Source of the DNA: the human T2T-CHM13v2.0 reference genome, Homo sapiens
Length of the DNA stretch: 64,000 nt
NCBI RefSeq assembly: GCF_009914755.1
Contig: NC_060941.1
Strand: one strand, 5' to 3'
Shown here: positions 1-15,849 of the stretch, one piece after another
Layout of the letters: each line of letters starts with the position of its first letter
Numbering within the stretch: position 1 is the stretch's first letter
Made by a program: the position numbers and the translations under genes
The notes under the pieces: generated by a model
What the model was told of the DNA's origin: nothing
Database searches by the model: none
Seen by the model: only the letters and a program-made list of their open reading frames with translations

Positions 1-962
1 CACTCATATTTCACTAAAATGCTACTGTATTGTTTTGCCTTTCACATCAACAAGTTGTAGAACTAAATTAGATCAAGATTATCTTCTTCCTACCTGCAAA
101 TTTTTCTCTCATTTAAGCCTCAAATAACAAACTTTCTATCCTCAAATTTTCTGGTGAAAATGCATGGCATTGGTCAACCTCTTGCAGCCTGCTAGTTCAT
201 GTTCTTCTTCTTAGTCATCTTTATATCAATTTTGCTTTACCAATATATGTAAAAATTGTGAGTAATCATTTTTTTTAATCACATCAAATCTCATATAGAA
301 GGTATAAGGGCATGAATGATTGAATCAATGAATAAATCAAACGGAAGTCACTTTGCTGACATTTTATGAAATATACTTCATACTGTACTATTGAGCTAAA
401 AGGTAAATATATTAGCCAAGGCTTTTGGAAGAAGGAGTTGTGGTGGTGGTATTTAGTAATTTGTTTAACTAGAAAGTTCAGCGTGCAGCTGTTTTCAGGC
501 ACAACTAGATTCAAAGGCTCAACAATAGCAGCAGGATACTGTCTGTCTTCCTCTAAGCCCTGTTTTTCTGTGTCACTTTCAATTGAGACAGTTTTCTCCA
601 TGTTGTGACAAAAATGGCCATGAAAGCATCTCTAAGCTTATACTCTACTAGTTCAGCAATCAGAGTACAAAAAGAGTGATTCGTCCCTAATAGTTCTTCC
701 AAAAGTTCTGAGGCTAACTCTCATTGGCCTATAGTAGGTTACATTGCTATCATATATGAATTGTTAGCCAGATGTATATCACATGACCATCCATGGCACA
801 AAAGTGGGAGGCACAGTATGACCTGACTCATCTGAACTGACAATGGAGAGATGTTTTTCCAAAGAAAAAAGGAGGATGCTGTCCTCATGAAGGAAGCATG
901 GATTCCTGACAGTCAAAAATGGCAGATATTCATTACAATAGGCACTCATTTATTTTCCCTAA

Positions 963-1244
<282 letters not shown>

Positions 1245-2389
1245 TAATGATACAAGTGAGGTCACTATTATAAGTAAATCTCTCAACCTCAGTTGCTCCC
1301 GATGTGGCTCGTGTTAAAAAATGTACAACCAAACTGATCACTTTCTTTCAACAAGCATAGCCATTAAAGATTCTATTTTATCATCAAATATTCTAAGATC
1401 ACACTCCAGAGAACTCATTCCCCTAATAATAACATGATTGCTCCTAGCAGGAGATGGTTTATTGTACAGCTTTATTCTTTCTCTGAAGCTTTTTGAGAAG
1501 CAGATATGGATATATGCAAAGATGTGTATGTGCATTATTTGCCTGTGTGTGAGTGTCTTTACAAGTACACACACCTGGGGTATGATTATGGCCTGAGTAT
1601 ATATTTTTACTCATGAGCACCCAGGTAGTACATATTTCCTAAGAACTTACTACTTACTTGGGTGACAGGTAAGTGCATACACATTAGCTTATATAAACAA
1701 TTTATTCTCTCATATGAAATATGTAAATTACTTTCACTAAGCTTATTCAGTAATCATCAGCCTTATGAGTCTTTTCAACCTAATTCTAGACAATTCCCTT
1801 TACCTTCTCAATTCCAGTTCTTCCTACTAAATCAAAAGGTGTATATTCATTTTATTTTTGCAATTATATCTATCTAGATATTAATTCAATTACTATCTCA
1901 CTAATATAATTAACCTAGTGAAAACTCTAAAAGATAAATAAAATTAATGTCAAATATAGTCAATCTTAAATATAAAAAAAGAATTTTTAAAACACAGCCA
2001 TTTTTCATTATTTAAACACTGCCATTCATTCCCCTTCACTCAAAACATATCCCTTAGGGCCAGCTGCAGTGGCTTATGCTTGTAATTCCAGTGCTTTGGG
2101 AGGCTGAGGAGGGAAAATCTCTTGGGCTCAGGAATTTGAAGTTACAGTGAACTGTAATTATGCCACTCTATTCCATCCTGGGTGACATAGCAAGACTCTG
2201 TCTCTAAATAAAAATAATAATAATTTTAAAATACAGTCTGTGTATTTATCACATTCCTGAACAACTAGAGAAGGAGTGGAAAAGAATGGTCAAAGATTCT
2301 TAAGGTTTGTAGAATAAATTTGAAAAAAAAAAAAAAGGATTCTTAAGGAATACTAATGCAGAGAATGCCTGCTGTTATTTTTTTTCTTC

Positions 2390-2483
2390 AAAGCCAGTCA
2401 AGGTTAGCAGTGGGAGGTTGTATACCAACTTTAGTGACACTAATGTTAATAAGTTCTGATAACCCCCTACCATGGGACCAACC
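2390..2483 (-). pseudogene. Y4 RNA (RNY4) retropseudogene
   Basis: reverse complement matches hY4 (GGCUGGUCCGAUGGUAGUGGGUUAUCAGAACUUAUUAACAUUAGUGUCACUAAAGUUGGUAUACAACC...GACUGGCUUU) with a few mismatches; poly-T tail at about 2375-2388; degenerate TSD agaatgcctgct (2362-2373) / agaatgtctgtt (2485-2496). Confidence 0.92.
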
Positions 2484-2880
2484 AAGAATGTCTGTTTTGT
2501 TTTGTTTTTGTTTTTGTTTTTGTTCTGGCCTAGAAGTAAAACAGAGAAATGGTATTTAAGGGATTAAAATTAATCACTGCATTTTCTTTTCTAAAAAATT
2601 TAAAAAAAAATTTTTTTTAAGACTGAGGTCTCACTGTGTTGCTCAGGCTGGTCTCCAACTCCCGGCCTCAAGCGATACTCCTGCCTCAGCCTCTTGAGTG
2701 GCTGGCTTTACAGGGATGCACCACTGCTGAATCACTGCATTTTCCCTTAATATCATGCTTAGCCTCAAAGTAAACCTGTTTTAATAGAAGACGCTGGACT
2801 TTTTTTGGAATAAACACAGAATGCTAGCTAGCACAATGAACATGTATCTTCCGTGCTTTATTATCCTGTTTGTATCCTAG

Positions 2881-3045
<165 letters not shown>

Positions 3046-3493
3046 TAAGAATGTTCTTATTTAAACTGTGGTAATTAACTTGGCTTCAAGTTTCTCAGTA
3101 CACATATACAGTTAAAATACTGGTTATGCTAAAACCACTAGATAACCCTTCATGTCTACCAGTATAGATATACATTTATCTTATTTATTTTTAATTTCTA
3201 AAAATAGAGATAGGAGTCTCACTGTGCTGCCCAGGCTGGGCTCTAATTCCTGGGATCCAGTGATCCTCCTACCTCAGCCTCCTGAGCAGCTGTGACTGCA
3301 GTACCTGCCACTGTGCCCAACTCTGGCTATAATCTTTTAAGTAGAAAATAACAAGTGTTGGCAAGGATGTGAAAATATTAGAAGCCTTGTGCATTTGTCA
3401 ACACAGTCAGAAGTGGAATATGTTGCAGAATGCTTTGTCCAAAATCTTAAATCTATATAGTTAGATTCCTTCAGTATACCTGGCTACTCTCAC

Positions 3494-3582
3494 TATGTAA
3501 CTAACCTGCACAATGTGCACATGTACCCTAAAACTTAAAGTATAATAATAACAAAAAAAATAAAAAAAAATTTAAAAAAAAA
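3494..3582 (+). mobile_element. Very short L1PA 3' end plus poly(A)
   Basis: tatgtaactaacctgcacaatgtgcacatgtaccctaaaacttaAagtataat followed by an A-tail; has the older A, not the Ta G. Confidence 0.85.
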
Positions 3583-4931
3583 GGTTAAAAGGATTCAAGC
3601 CATTCCACAGTTCTGCTTGTTCTCTCTTCTTGTTTTATCTCTTTGTCTTCACTGGCTTGCAAATTTCTTCTTCAATTTACTAACTTCTTATTCTCCTTAG
3701 TGACTTTTTGTGTATTATATTTTTCTCTTATGACCAGTATTTACCAGTCAAAAGCCACTAAAATTCTCATTCCAGTATGATAAATTCCTTTCTTCATTTT
3801 ATTAGATCTTAGTTTAAATTATTTTTCTCTTCACTGGGTTTAAAGATTTATCTGGTTAACTTTGGTGTACCAGATTTTCAGTTTTTAAAGTATATAGTGC
3901 ACAAGGGAAAGAATTGTCAAGGTTAGTTAAGTTCTTCAGCCCTTTCAAAAATCATTGTATTGGTTGAGCGTCAAATGTTCCTAAGTTTATTGATTGTCAT
4001 GTTCTCTTCAGTAACTATGTCTTCTACAAACTTTACATTATACTACCTGGCATGTCTTAGGATACATCCAATGAGAATTTACTTAATGAAATTCCAAAAG
4101 GCATAATGATGTGATTTTCACTTATCAAATGGGCAAATTTCGTAACACAAAACCACATCCTACAGAGAACACTAGACAGTAGTTATAGCAGCTGGGTTCC
4201 AATACTGGATCTTCACTAAATGATCTTGTGATCTTTGGCAAGTTCCTTAACTTCCATAGACCCAGGTCTCCTTGTTTTCAAAACGAAGGCTTTAGATATG
4301 AAGAATCCTAGAATTTAAGGAACCTAAGGGTAATGTTATAAGGAAGTCCCATATATTAGATGATATGGAATCCAATTATGTGGAATTATATGGGATCATA
4401 TATATGAGTAAGGTATAGCAATAGGGACAGATAGATAGCATAAAATGTGAAGGATTAAGCCCAGCAAATGAGAACCAGGACAGCAATGAGGAGGCAGAAT
4501 CTGCTGCCAGATAAAAATGTCTGCAAACAAGAACAATTATTCTCTCCAAGGGCAGGCTTATACAAAACGACTCTCAATAAACACATATTGGTAGCCATTT
4601 GGTCTGAGGAGATGATTGCTGAGCTGATGGCAGTATGGAAGAAAAAAAGCAGATTTATGCTCTTTAAAAAGGAAGAAGATTCTAAATTTCAAGCATTGCC
4701 AATAACCGATTGGCAAATCTTCAAACAGCTCTTTTGTTTGTTTGCTTGTTTTGGTCTACTCCTATTGCTTCTTTGTCCAAGATTTAAAATTGGGATTTAA
4801 ATAGCATAAAATCATAGGATTAGAAGTTTTTAGAAAGGTTTCTGCTGGTGTCCTCAAAATGGAAGATTTCTATATGGAAGAGGAAGGTTGAAACTTTTAG
4901 TCTGTCTTCCCCCTCCCCACCTTTTTTTTAG

Positions 4932-5274
<343 letters not shown>

Positions 5275-8200
5275 TAGAACATGTGGCCTGTCTGCATTGT
5301 TGAATTTAATGGAATAAGCCATTTTTTCCCCATTACTTTTCATAGGATAGCTATTAACATTCTTGGCTATGCCTTTTAATTTTCTATTTAAATGACGAAA
5401 TTTGCTTTAATATGTTCATTTCTATTCCAGTAGGACATTTAACTCTTTTATAATTAAAACATTTTGGAAACATTTATTTTGGTGACATCAGCAAGATGGC
5501 CAACTAGAAGCTCTTAGGGCCTGTTTCCCTCACAAAGACAAGCCAGAACAACAAATAAACAATTACATTAAGAAAAATAACTGAGGGAGAGTGCCATCTT
5601 GCATCAGAGGAGTAGCAGAAATCCTGGTGAGCCCAGAAACTCAAGATGGCCACATAGAGAACAGAAGGCGATGCCAGGTCTCCACTACCCCATCCCCCAA
5701 CCAGGATCAGGTGGGAACTGGGAAGAACTTCTACCTATGAAGTGGAAGTAAGCAAGAGGATCCCAGCAACCCCCATTGACACCTTGGACACCTACACAGC
5801 TCACTACTGGGGTCCCCTGCAGTCCTCACAGGCATTAAGCCCAGCTGAGGGAGCTGCCTCTAGACCACATACCTGTGCTCTCCCCAGAAAAGACACTGAC
5901 ATAGTGCCCTGACCCTTGTGGCCCGTGTGGCTACTGCACTACACCAGCTTGGGATTGGAACTACGGCTGGAGTGTGTCTTGCTCAGGGGTGAGTAGTCAC
6001 GACACCCCTTCATCCCTGGGGCTAAGCCACCACCAAATCACCTCAGGCCAGTGGCCCAGCATCCTCAAGTGGAGCTGCAAGCACTCTTCCACATGAGGCC
6101 AAGTGGAGGTGGAGTCACTCCATCTACCGCTCCCTTCATTCCCTTGGGCCAAAGCTGAGGCAGTACTCTGCCTCCTAGAAAAACAATTCCTTGGCCACTC
6201 AAAGCAGTCATTCCTCCTCAGTGCCTAAGTTGAAGAAACTCCCTGCATCCCAAGAAATGGTGCCTTGGCCACTCAGAACAGTCACACCCCCAGCCCTGAG
6301 CTGAAGCAGCACATTGCCCTCTGGGAATTGGTACCCTGGCCAAACTGAGCTGCTACACATCCCAGTGCTGAGTTGACGTAGTAACCTGTGTCCCAAGGAA
6401 ACAGAGCATTGGCTGAGCTAAGGAACTCTGCCCTACAGTCCAAACAACTCTAGTACCTGGCTTCTCTGGAGCTTTACTGGACTCTTAGAGTCTGAGTGGC
6501 TGAAATACCCATCTCCCTGGGAAGTGGAGTCACTGCTATTCTTTTCCTTGTACTCCCTAAGGCCCAAACAACAGCTGTGCTCTGCCTTTCTGGGTTACTT
6601 GCTGCCACCGTACCTGGTCTTATAGTGTCTTGGATAATGCTGAGCCCCACCATTCCATGGTCTTGTGTCACTACTACACAGTGCCTCATGCCCTGAGACC
6701 TGAGTTGCCTTTGAGTTTTATTTGCTTAGGTTCCCATATTGCAACCATATCGTCCTCCTGGGCCCAAACTTCCAGAGCAAGTTTTCTCTCTGGAGTCAGG
6801 CCAGTGCTGTGCCCTGCCCCCCAGGGGTAGAATCACAGCTACAGCCCAGCCTCCTGGGCTCAAGCTGCTAGGGGGTGCCTCAGAGTCACAGATCCTGTCT
6901 CTATGGGCAACCTACACCCAACCCTGCCACAGAAAGCAAACCTGCACCCCAAGAATCAGGAGCCACAGTAAGTTTGGGAGATCCTGTGCTTAGGACCCTA
7001 ACCCGACACCTGCCCTGAGCACCTGCAACTGGAACCCAGTGCCACTGCAGCTGCTTATAGGCCATGTCAGACCTGACACCAAGAGGGATCCCCCTCAGCT
7101 AAGTTTCCCCATTGTGGGGAAAACAAGAGTAAGAGGACTCCAAAAGCCCTCAACATCAAGGACATTAATAACATATGCCGCTGCTGCTGCTGCCACAAAC
7201 TTTCTACTGCCTAGGCCACTGAGGTGCTGACAGGTATTGCTGATGTTGAACACAGCTGAAGAAACTGCACAGAGACTATACCATTTCACCTATCTGGAAA
7301 CAATGTCGCCATGTCCATCCCAACTAGCACACAAAATTTCAACTACAGGTGAAAATCTTCCTCTATAAAAGCCACTCTAGAAAGATTGGAAGAGGCAATT
7401 GTTCCACCAAATAAACAGACATCAATGCAGGGACACAAGAAACATGATAAAGCAAGGAAATATGGCACTACCAAAGGAATATAACTCTCTAGTAACAGAC
7501 ACTGAAGAAAAGGAAATTAATTAATTGCCAGGAAAGGAATTTAAAATAATGATCTTAAGGAAACTCAACAAGACAAGAAAATTCAGATCGACAGTTCAAC
7601 AAAATCAGGAAAACAAGTCCTCATATGAATGAGAAATTCAACAAAGGGATAGAAATCATAAAAAAGAAGCAGACAGAAACCCTGCAGCTGAAGAATTCAA
7701 TGAATGAAATAAAAATACAATAGAGAGCTTCACCAGCAGACTTATTAATCAAGCAGAAAAACTAATCTCTGAACTTGAAGATAGGCCATTTAAAATTACC
7801 CAGTCAGAGAAAGAAAAAAGAAATAAGAATGAAAAAGAGTGAAGAAAGCCTACAATTATCACTATTAAGTGAACAAATATTTGTATTATGGGACTTCCAG
7901 AAGGAGAAGAGAAGGGAAAAGATGTTGAAAACCTATTTAACAAAATAATAGCTGGAAATTTCCCAAGTCTGGGGAGATATATGGACGTCCAGATCCAGGA
8001 AGCTCAAAATTTCCCAAATAGATACAGCCTAAAATTCCTCTCCAAGGCAAATTAAAGTCAAACTGTCAAAAGTCAAAGACAAAGAGAGAACTCTAAAAAC
8101 AGCTAGAGAAAAGTATCATATAAGGGAAAGCCAGAGAAAAGTCACATAGAAGGGAATCACCATTAGACTAACAGTGGAGTCCCCATTAGAATAGCAACAG

Positions 8201-8718
8201 ATTTTGTTGCAGAAATCTTAAAGGCCAGAACAGAATGGGGTGATATATTCAAAGTGCTGAAAGAAAAAAAAATTACCAACCAAGAATAGTATACCCAGAA
8301 AAACTATCCTTCAGAAATGAGAGAACAATAAAGTCTTTCACAGATAAGCAAAAACTTGAGGGAAATTATCACCACTAAACCGGCCTTACAAGAAATGCTC
8401 AAGGGAGCCCTATATCTGGAAGTGAAAATATGATAATCCCTATCATGAAAACATGCAAAAATATGAAACTCACTGGTAGAGCAGATACACAAAGGAGAAA
8501 GAAAAGAATCAAATCTTATCACCAAAGAAAACCAACACACTGCAATAATAATAAGAGGGGAAGAAAGGAACAAAGGATATAGAAAGCAACCAGAAAACAA
8601 TTAACAAAATGACAGGAGTAAGTACTCACCTATCAATAATAGCTTTGAATATAAATGGATTAAATCCCCCATTTAAAAGATATAGATTAGCTCAATAAAT
8701 TAAAAACATGACCTAACT

Positions 8719-9018
8719 GGCCAGGCGCGGTGGCTCATGCCTGTAATCCCAGCATTTCGGGAGCTGAGGCAGGCGGATCACAAAGTCAAGAGATTGAAAC
8801 CATCCTGGCCAAAATGGTGAAACCCCATCTCTACTAAAAATACAAAAATTAGCTGGGTGTGGTGGCATGCGCCTGTAGTCCCAGCTACTCAGGAGGCTGA
8901 CGTGGGAGAATTGCTTGAACCCTGGAGGTGGAGGTTGCAGTCAGCCGAGATTGCACCATTGCACTCCAGCCTGGGCGACAGAGCCAGATTCTGTCTCAAA
9001 AAAGAAAGAAAGAAAGAA
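8719..9018 (+). mobile_element. AluS (Sc-like) inserted in L1 ORF2
   Basis: full dimer; 17-bp TSD aaaaacatgacctaact at 8702-8718 and 9019-9035. Confidence 0.92.
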
Positions 9019-10668
9019 AAAAACATGACCTAACTATATGCTGCCTAGAAGAAACTCGGTTCACCAGTAAAGACATATATAGACTGAAAGTGAAGGGATG
9101 GAAAAAGATATTTCACGTGAATGGAAATTGAAAGCAAGCAGGAGTAGCTATACTTAGACAAAACAGACTTTAAGTCAAAACTGTAAAAAGAGAAAAAGGT
9201 CATTATATAATGATAAAGAGATCAATTCAGCAAGTGAACAATTCTAAACATATATGCACCCAACATCAGAGCACTCTGATATTATAAAGCAAATATTGTT
9301 AGATCTAAAGGGAGAGATAGACTCTAATACAATAGTAGTTGGGGACTTCAACACCTTACTCTCAGCATGGGACAGATCATTTAGACAGAAAATCAATAAA
9401 GAAACATTGGATTTAAACTAAACATTAGACCAAATGGACCTAACAGATATTTATAGAACATTTTATCCAACAGCTAGCTGCAGAATACACCTCTTTTTTT
9501 TCAGCCCATGGAACATTCTCCAGGATAGACCACATGCTAAGTCACAAAACAAATCTTATCAAATTTAAAGGAATTGAAATCATATCAAATATCTTTTCTG
9601 ACCTCAATGAAATAAAAATAGAAATCAGTAACAAGAGGAACTTTAGAAGTTAAACAACATGCTCCCGAATGAGCAGTGGGTCAATGAAGAAATTAAGAAG
9701 GGAATTTAAAATTTTTTTTGAATTTTTACTTTTTACTTTTTAATTTATTTATTTTTTAAATTTTCTTCTACTGAGGTCCTATGCCATCATAAAATTTCTT
9801 GGAACAAATGAAAATAGAAACAGAACATACTAAAACCTATGGAATACAGAAAAAGCAGTATTGAAAGAGAAGTTTATAGAAATAAATGCTCACATCAAAA
9901 TTGTAGAAAGCTTTCAAATAAACGATCTAACAATGCATCTCAAGGAATTTGGAAATCAAGAATAAACCAGACCCAAAACTGGTAGAAAAAAAGAAATAAT
10001 AAAGATCAAAGCACAAATAAATACAATTGAGACCAAAAAATAACCAAAAAATCAACAAAACAAAAAGTTGGTTTTGTAAAAGATAAACCATATTGCCAAA
10101 CCATTAGCTAGACTAACCAAGAAAAAAAAAGACCCAAATGAATAAAATTAGAAATGAAAAAGGAGACATTACAACTGATACCACAGCAATACACAGAATC
10201 ATTAGTGACTATTACAAACTATATGCCAACATAATAGAAAACCTAGCAGAAATGGATAAATTCCTGGACACATACAGCCTACCAAGATTGAAGCAAAAAG
10301 AAATAGAAAACCTGAACAGACCAATCACAATTAACACGATTTAATCTGTAATAAAATGTCTCTCATCAAAGAAAAGCCCAGGATCTGATGGCTCCACTGT
10401 GGCTTTCTACCAAATATTTAAAGATTATCTGATATCAGTTCTTCTCAAACTCTTTTAGAAAATTGAAGAGGAGGGAATTCTTCCAAACTCATTCTATGAG
10501 GCCAGCATTATGCTAATACTAACACCAGACAAGAACACAACAACAACAGAAACAGAAATTATAAGCCGGTATCCCTAATGAACACAAATGTAAGAATTCT
10601 CAACAAAATTCTAGCAAACTGAATCCAGCAACACATTAAAAAGATCATTCACACAGAGAATAAAAGAA

Positions 10669-10812
10669 AGGCTGGGTGTGGCGGCCTTTACCTCTAATCC
10701 CAGCACTTTGGGGGGCCAGGGCAGGAGGCTCACTTGAGCCCAATAGTTTGAGACTAGTCTGGGCAACATAACAAGACCCTGTCTCTATTTAAAAAATAAT
10801 AATAATAATAAG
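10669..10812 (+). mobile_element. FLAM/Alu monomer inserted in L1 ORF2
   Basis: single monomer with (AAT)n tail; L1 sequence taaaaagatcattcac repeated on both sides. Confidence 0.8.
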
Positions 10813-11360
10813 GAAATAAAAGATCATTCACCCTGATCAACTGAGATTTATCCCAATAATGCAAAGATGATTTAACATAAAATAACCATGATACATCCCA
10901 TCAACAGAATAGACAAAAAATTACATGACTATCTCAATAGATGCAGGAAAAGCATTTGATAAATATTCAATATTCCTTCATGATAAAAACTCTCAACAAG
11001 TTAGGTTTAGAAGGAAAATACCTCAACACAAGAAAGGCCATACATAACAAAGGCAACATCATACTGAATGGGCAAAAGTTGAAATCTTTTTTTCTAAGAT
11101 CTGGAATGAGACAAAGATAACCACTTTCACCACTTTTACTCAACATCTGTCTATTCTAGATGTCTTAGCCAGAGCAGTTAGGAAAGAGACAGAAATAAAG
11201 GGCATCCAAATTGGAAAAGAGAAAGTCAAATTGTCCCTGTTTGCAGATGACATGATCTTATATATTAAAAAACCCTAAAAGCTCCACCAAAAAATTATTA
11301 AAACGGATAAACGAATTCAGTAAAGTTGCAGGATACAAAATCAACATATAAAAATCAGTA

Positions 11361-11677
<317 letters not shown>

Positions 11678-11907
11678 CTAGCAATTAACTAGAGGAAAAA
11701 GAAATTTAAAAAGTAACCCCATTTACAGTAGCTACAAAAATAAAAAATAAAATACATAGGAATAAATATAACCAGGGAGGTGAAAGACGTCTACAAGGAA
11801 AACTATAAAACGTTGATGAAAGAAAATGAAGAGGACACCAAAAAATGGAAAGACATCTCATGTTCATGGATTGGAAGAATTAATATTGTGAAAATGACCA
11901 TACTACC

Positions 11908-13592
11908 GCTGTCACCAGCTGCTGACATGGGCAGGTCCCTTGTGGGGCTGCCTGTGCGGGTCGCTAGGGCGGTGGACATCACGCTGCTATTCCGGGCCAG
12001 CGTCAAGACCGTGAAGACGCAGAACAAGGCACTGGGAGTGGCAGTGGGTGGCAGAGTCGATGGCAGCCGGGATGAGCTGTTCCGCAGGAGTCCCTGGCCC
12101 AAGGGCAACTTCTCCAGCCGGGCCCGCGAAATGATTTCTCACAGTGGCAAACTGAGAGATTTTCTTCTGGAACACAGGAAAGATTATATTAATGCTTATA
12201 GCCATACCATGTCTGAATATGGGAGGATGACAGACACAGAACGAGACCAAATAGACCAGGATGTCCAGATATTCATGAGGACCTGTTCAGAAGCAATTCA
12301 ACAACTACGAACAGAAGCTCACAAGGAGATACATTCCCAGCAAGTGAAGGAGCACAGGACTGCTGTTCTGGATTTCATTGAAGATTACTTAAAAAAAGTG
12401 TGTAAACTTTACTCAGAACAAAGAGCCATCCGAGTTAAAAGAGTGGTGGATAAGAAAAGAGTATCTAAGCTGGAACCAGAACCAAATGCAAAGACAAGAG
12501 AATCCACATCTTCTGAGAAAGTTTCACAGTGTCCTTCAAAAGACTGAAGAAAACCCTGCCACTGAAGAACATCCAGAAAAGATTTTGACTGAAAGACAAC
12601 CTGAATTGGGAACATGGGGAGATGGCAAAGGTGAAGATGAGTTATCCCCAGAAGAAATACAAATGTTTGAACAGGAAAATCAGCGACTAATTGGTGAAAT
12701 GAACAGCTTGTTTGATGAAGTGAGGCAGATCAAAGGGAGAGTGGTTGAGATTTCCAGACTTCAAGAGATATTCACGGAAAAGGTTTTGCAACAGGAAGCT
12801 GAGATTGATGGCGTTCACCAGTTAGTTGTGGGGGCAACTGAAAATATCAAGGAAGGCAACGAAGACATAAGAGAGGCCATTAAAAACAACGCTGGCTTCC
12901 GCGTATGGATCCTCTTCTTCCTCGTGATGTGCTCCTTCTCCTTGCTCTTCCTCGACTGGTACCACAGCTAGCCTGGGCCACGGGGGCCCAGCACGAGAGT
13001 CTGCATGGGCGCTCACAGGCTGTGTACTCTCATGTACCCCCCGTAGTCTCATGTACCCCCGGTGCTGGAGCATGGTATGACCACATTTTATCACAGAGCC
13101 ATTTTAAGAGAAAGGGGTTCAGACAGACGGACATATTCCCCAAAAAGGGATACCCAGGCCGATAGTGTTCAGCCCATTTCGCAGCTGAAAAAGAAAACAC
13201 TGCACACCAATGGGAAGTGGCCTATGTAGCTATCATAAGGCTAGACAAACTGAATGCTGGAGCTGGTGATTAGCTGCTCCTGAACTTGAGGCCGCCTTGG
13301 CAGGGGGGGCTGCTCCAGTAGCAGGGGCACAGCAGGCCTCCAGAGCCCCCAGTTGTCTCAGGGTTCAAAGGAAGTCACTGACCTTTCCCATCCCAGTAGC
13401 TTCAGGGAAGAACATAGTTTAATAACGTCTCTCAACAAATGATTACTTCTTTGTTTCCTTGTGGCTTCTTGTCTGTCTGAGTCAACCAATAAACAGACTC
13501 ACTGGATTATAGAAAAGAAAATTCACATTTGCCTTATTAATCTAATAAATACAATTACAGCCCCTTAAAAAAAAAGAAGAAAAAGAAAATGA
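11908..13592 (+). pseudogene. Processed pseudogene of syntaxin-18 (STX18)
   Basis: intronless match to STX18 ([16 protein letters not shown]...[26 protein letters not shown]); start ATG changed to AGG at 11966-11968; 2-nt deletion near 12545; CDS-equivalent 11966-12971 is 1006 nt; 3'UTR, AATAAA at 13544-13549, poly(A) from 13567; 17-bp TSD aaaatgaccatactacc at 11891-11907 and 13593-13609. Confidence 0.95.
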
Positions 13593-13997
13593 AAAATGAC
13601 CATACTACCAAAAGCAATCTACAGTTTCCATACAATCCTGATCAAATACCAATAGCATTTTTCATAGAAATAAAAAAAAATTCTAAAATTCATATGGTAT
13701 CACAAAATGCCATGGATAGCCAAAATAATCCTGAACAAAAAGAACAAAGAGGCATCACACTATCAGACTTTAAAATATACTACAAATGTCTAGTTACCAA
13801 AACAGCATGGTACTGGCATAAAAACACATAGACCAATGGAACAGAATAGAGAACCCAGAAAGAAATCCATATATTTACAGCCAACTGATTTTCAACAAAG
13901 GTACCAAGAACATTCATTGGGGAAGGGAGAGTTACTTCAACAAATAATGCTGGGGAAATTGGATGTTCATATGAAGGAAAATAAAACTAGACCCCTA

Positions 13998-14318
<321 letters not shown>

Positions 14319-14605
14319 TTAAAATGGATCAAAGACTTAAATGTAAGACCCCTAGACTATGAAACTACTGAAGAAAACATGAGGGAAACACTTCAGGACA
14401 TTGGTTTAGGCAAATATTTTATGGGGAAGACCTCAAAAGCACAGGCAACAAAAGCAAAATTAGACAAGCGGGATTCTATCAAACTTTTAAAAAGCTTCTG
14501 CAGTGCAAAGGAAACAATCAATGGGGTGAAGAGACAACTTGCAGAAGGGGAGAAAATATTTTCAAACTATTCATCTGACAAGGGATTAATATTCAAAATA
14601 TATAA

Positions 14606-15849
<1,244 letters not shown>

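Noticed and set aside
284-930. Overlapping ORFs 284..601(-) and 366..608(+)
   Set aside because: They lie in MaLR-LTR-like intronic sequence with no recognisable protein similarity or splice context.
12486-12971. 161-aa ORF with SNARE and TM regions as a separate gene
   Set aside because: It is the post-frameshift half of the STX18 retrocopy; its first residues are out-of-frame STX18 sequence.
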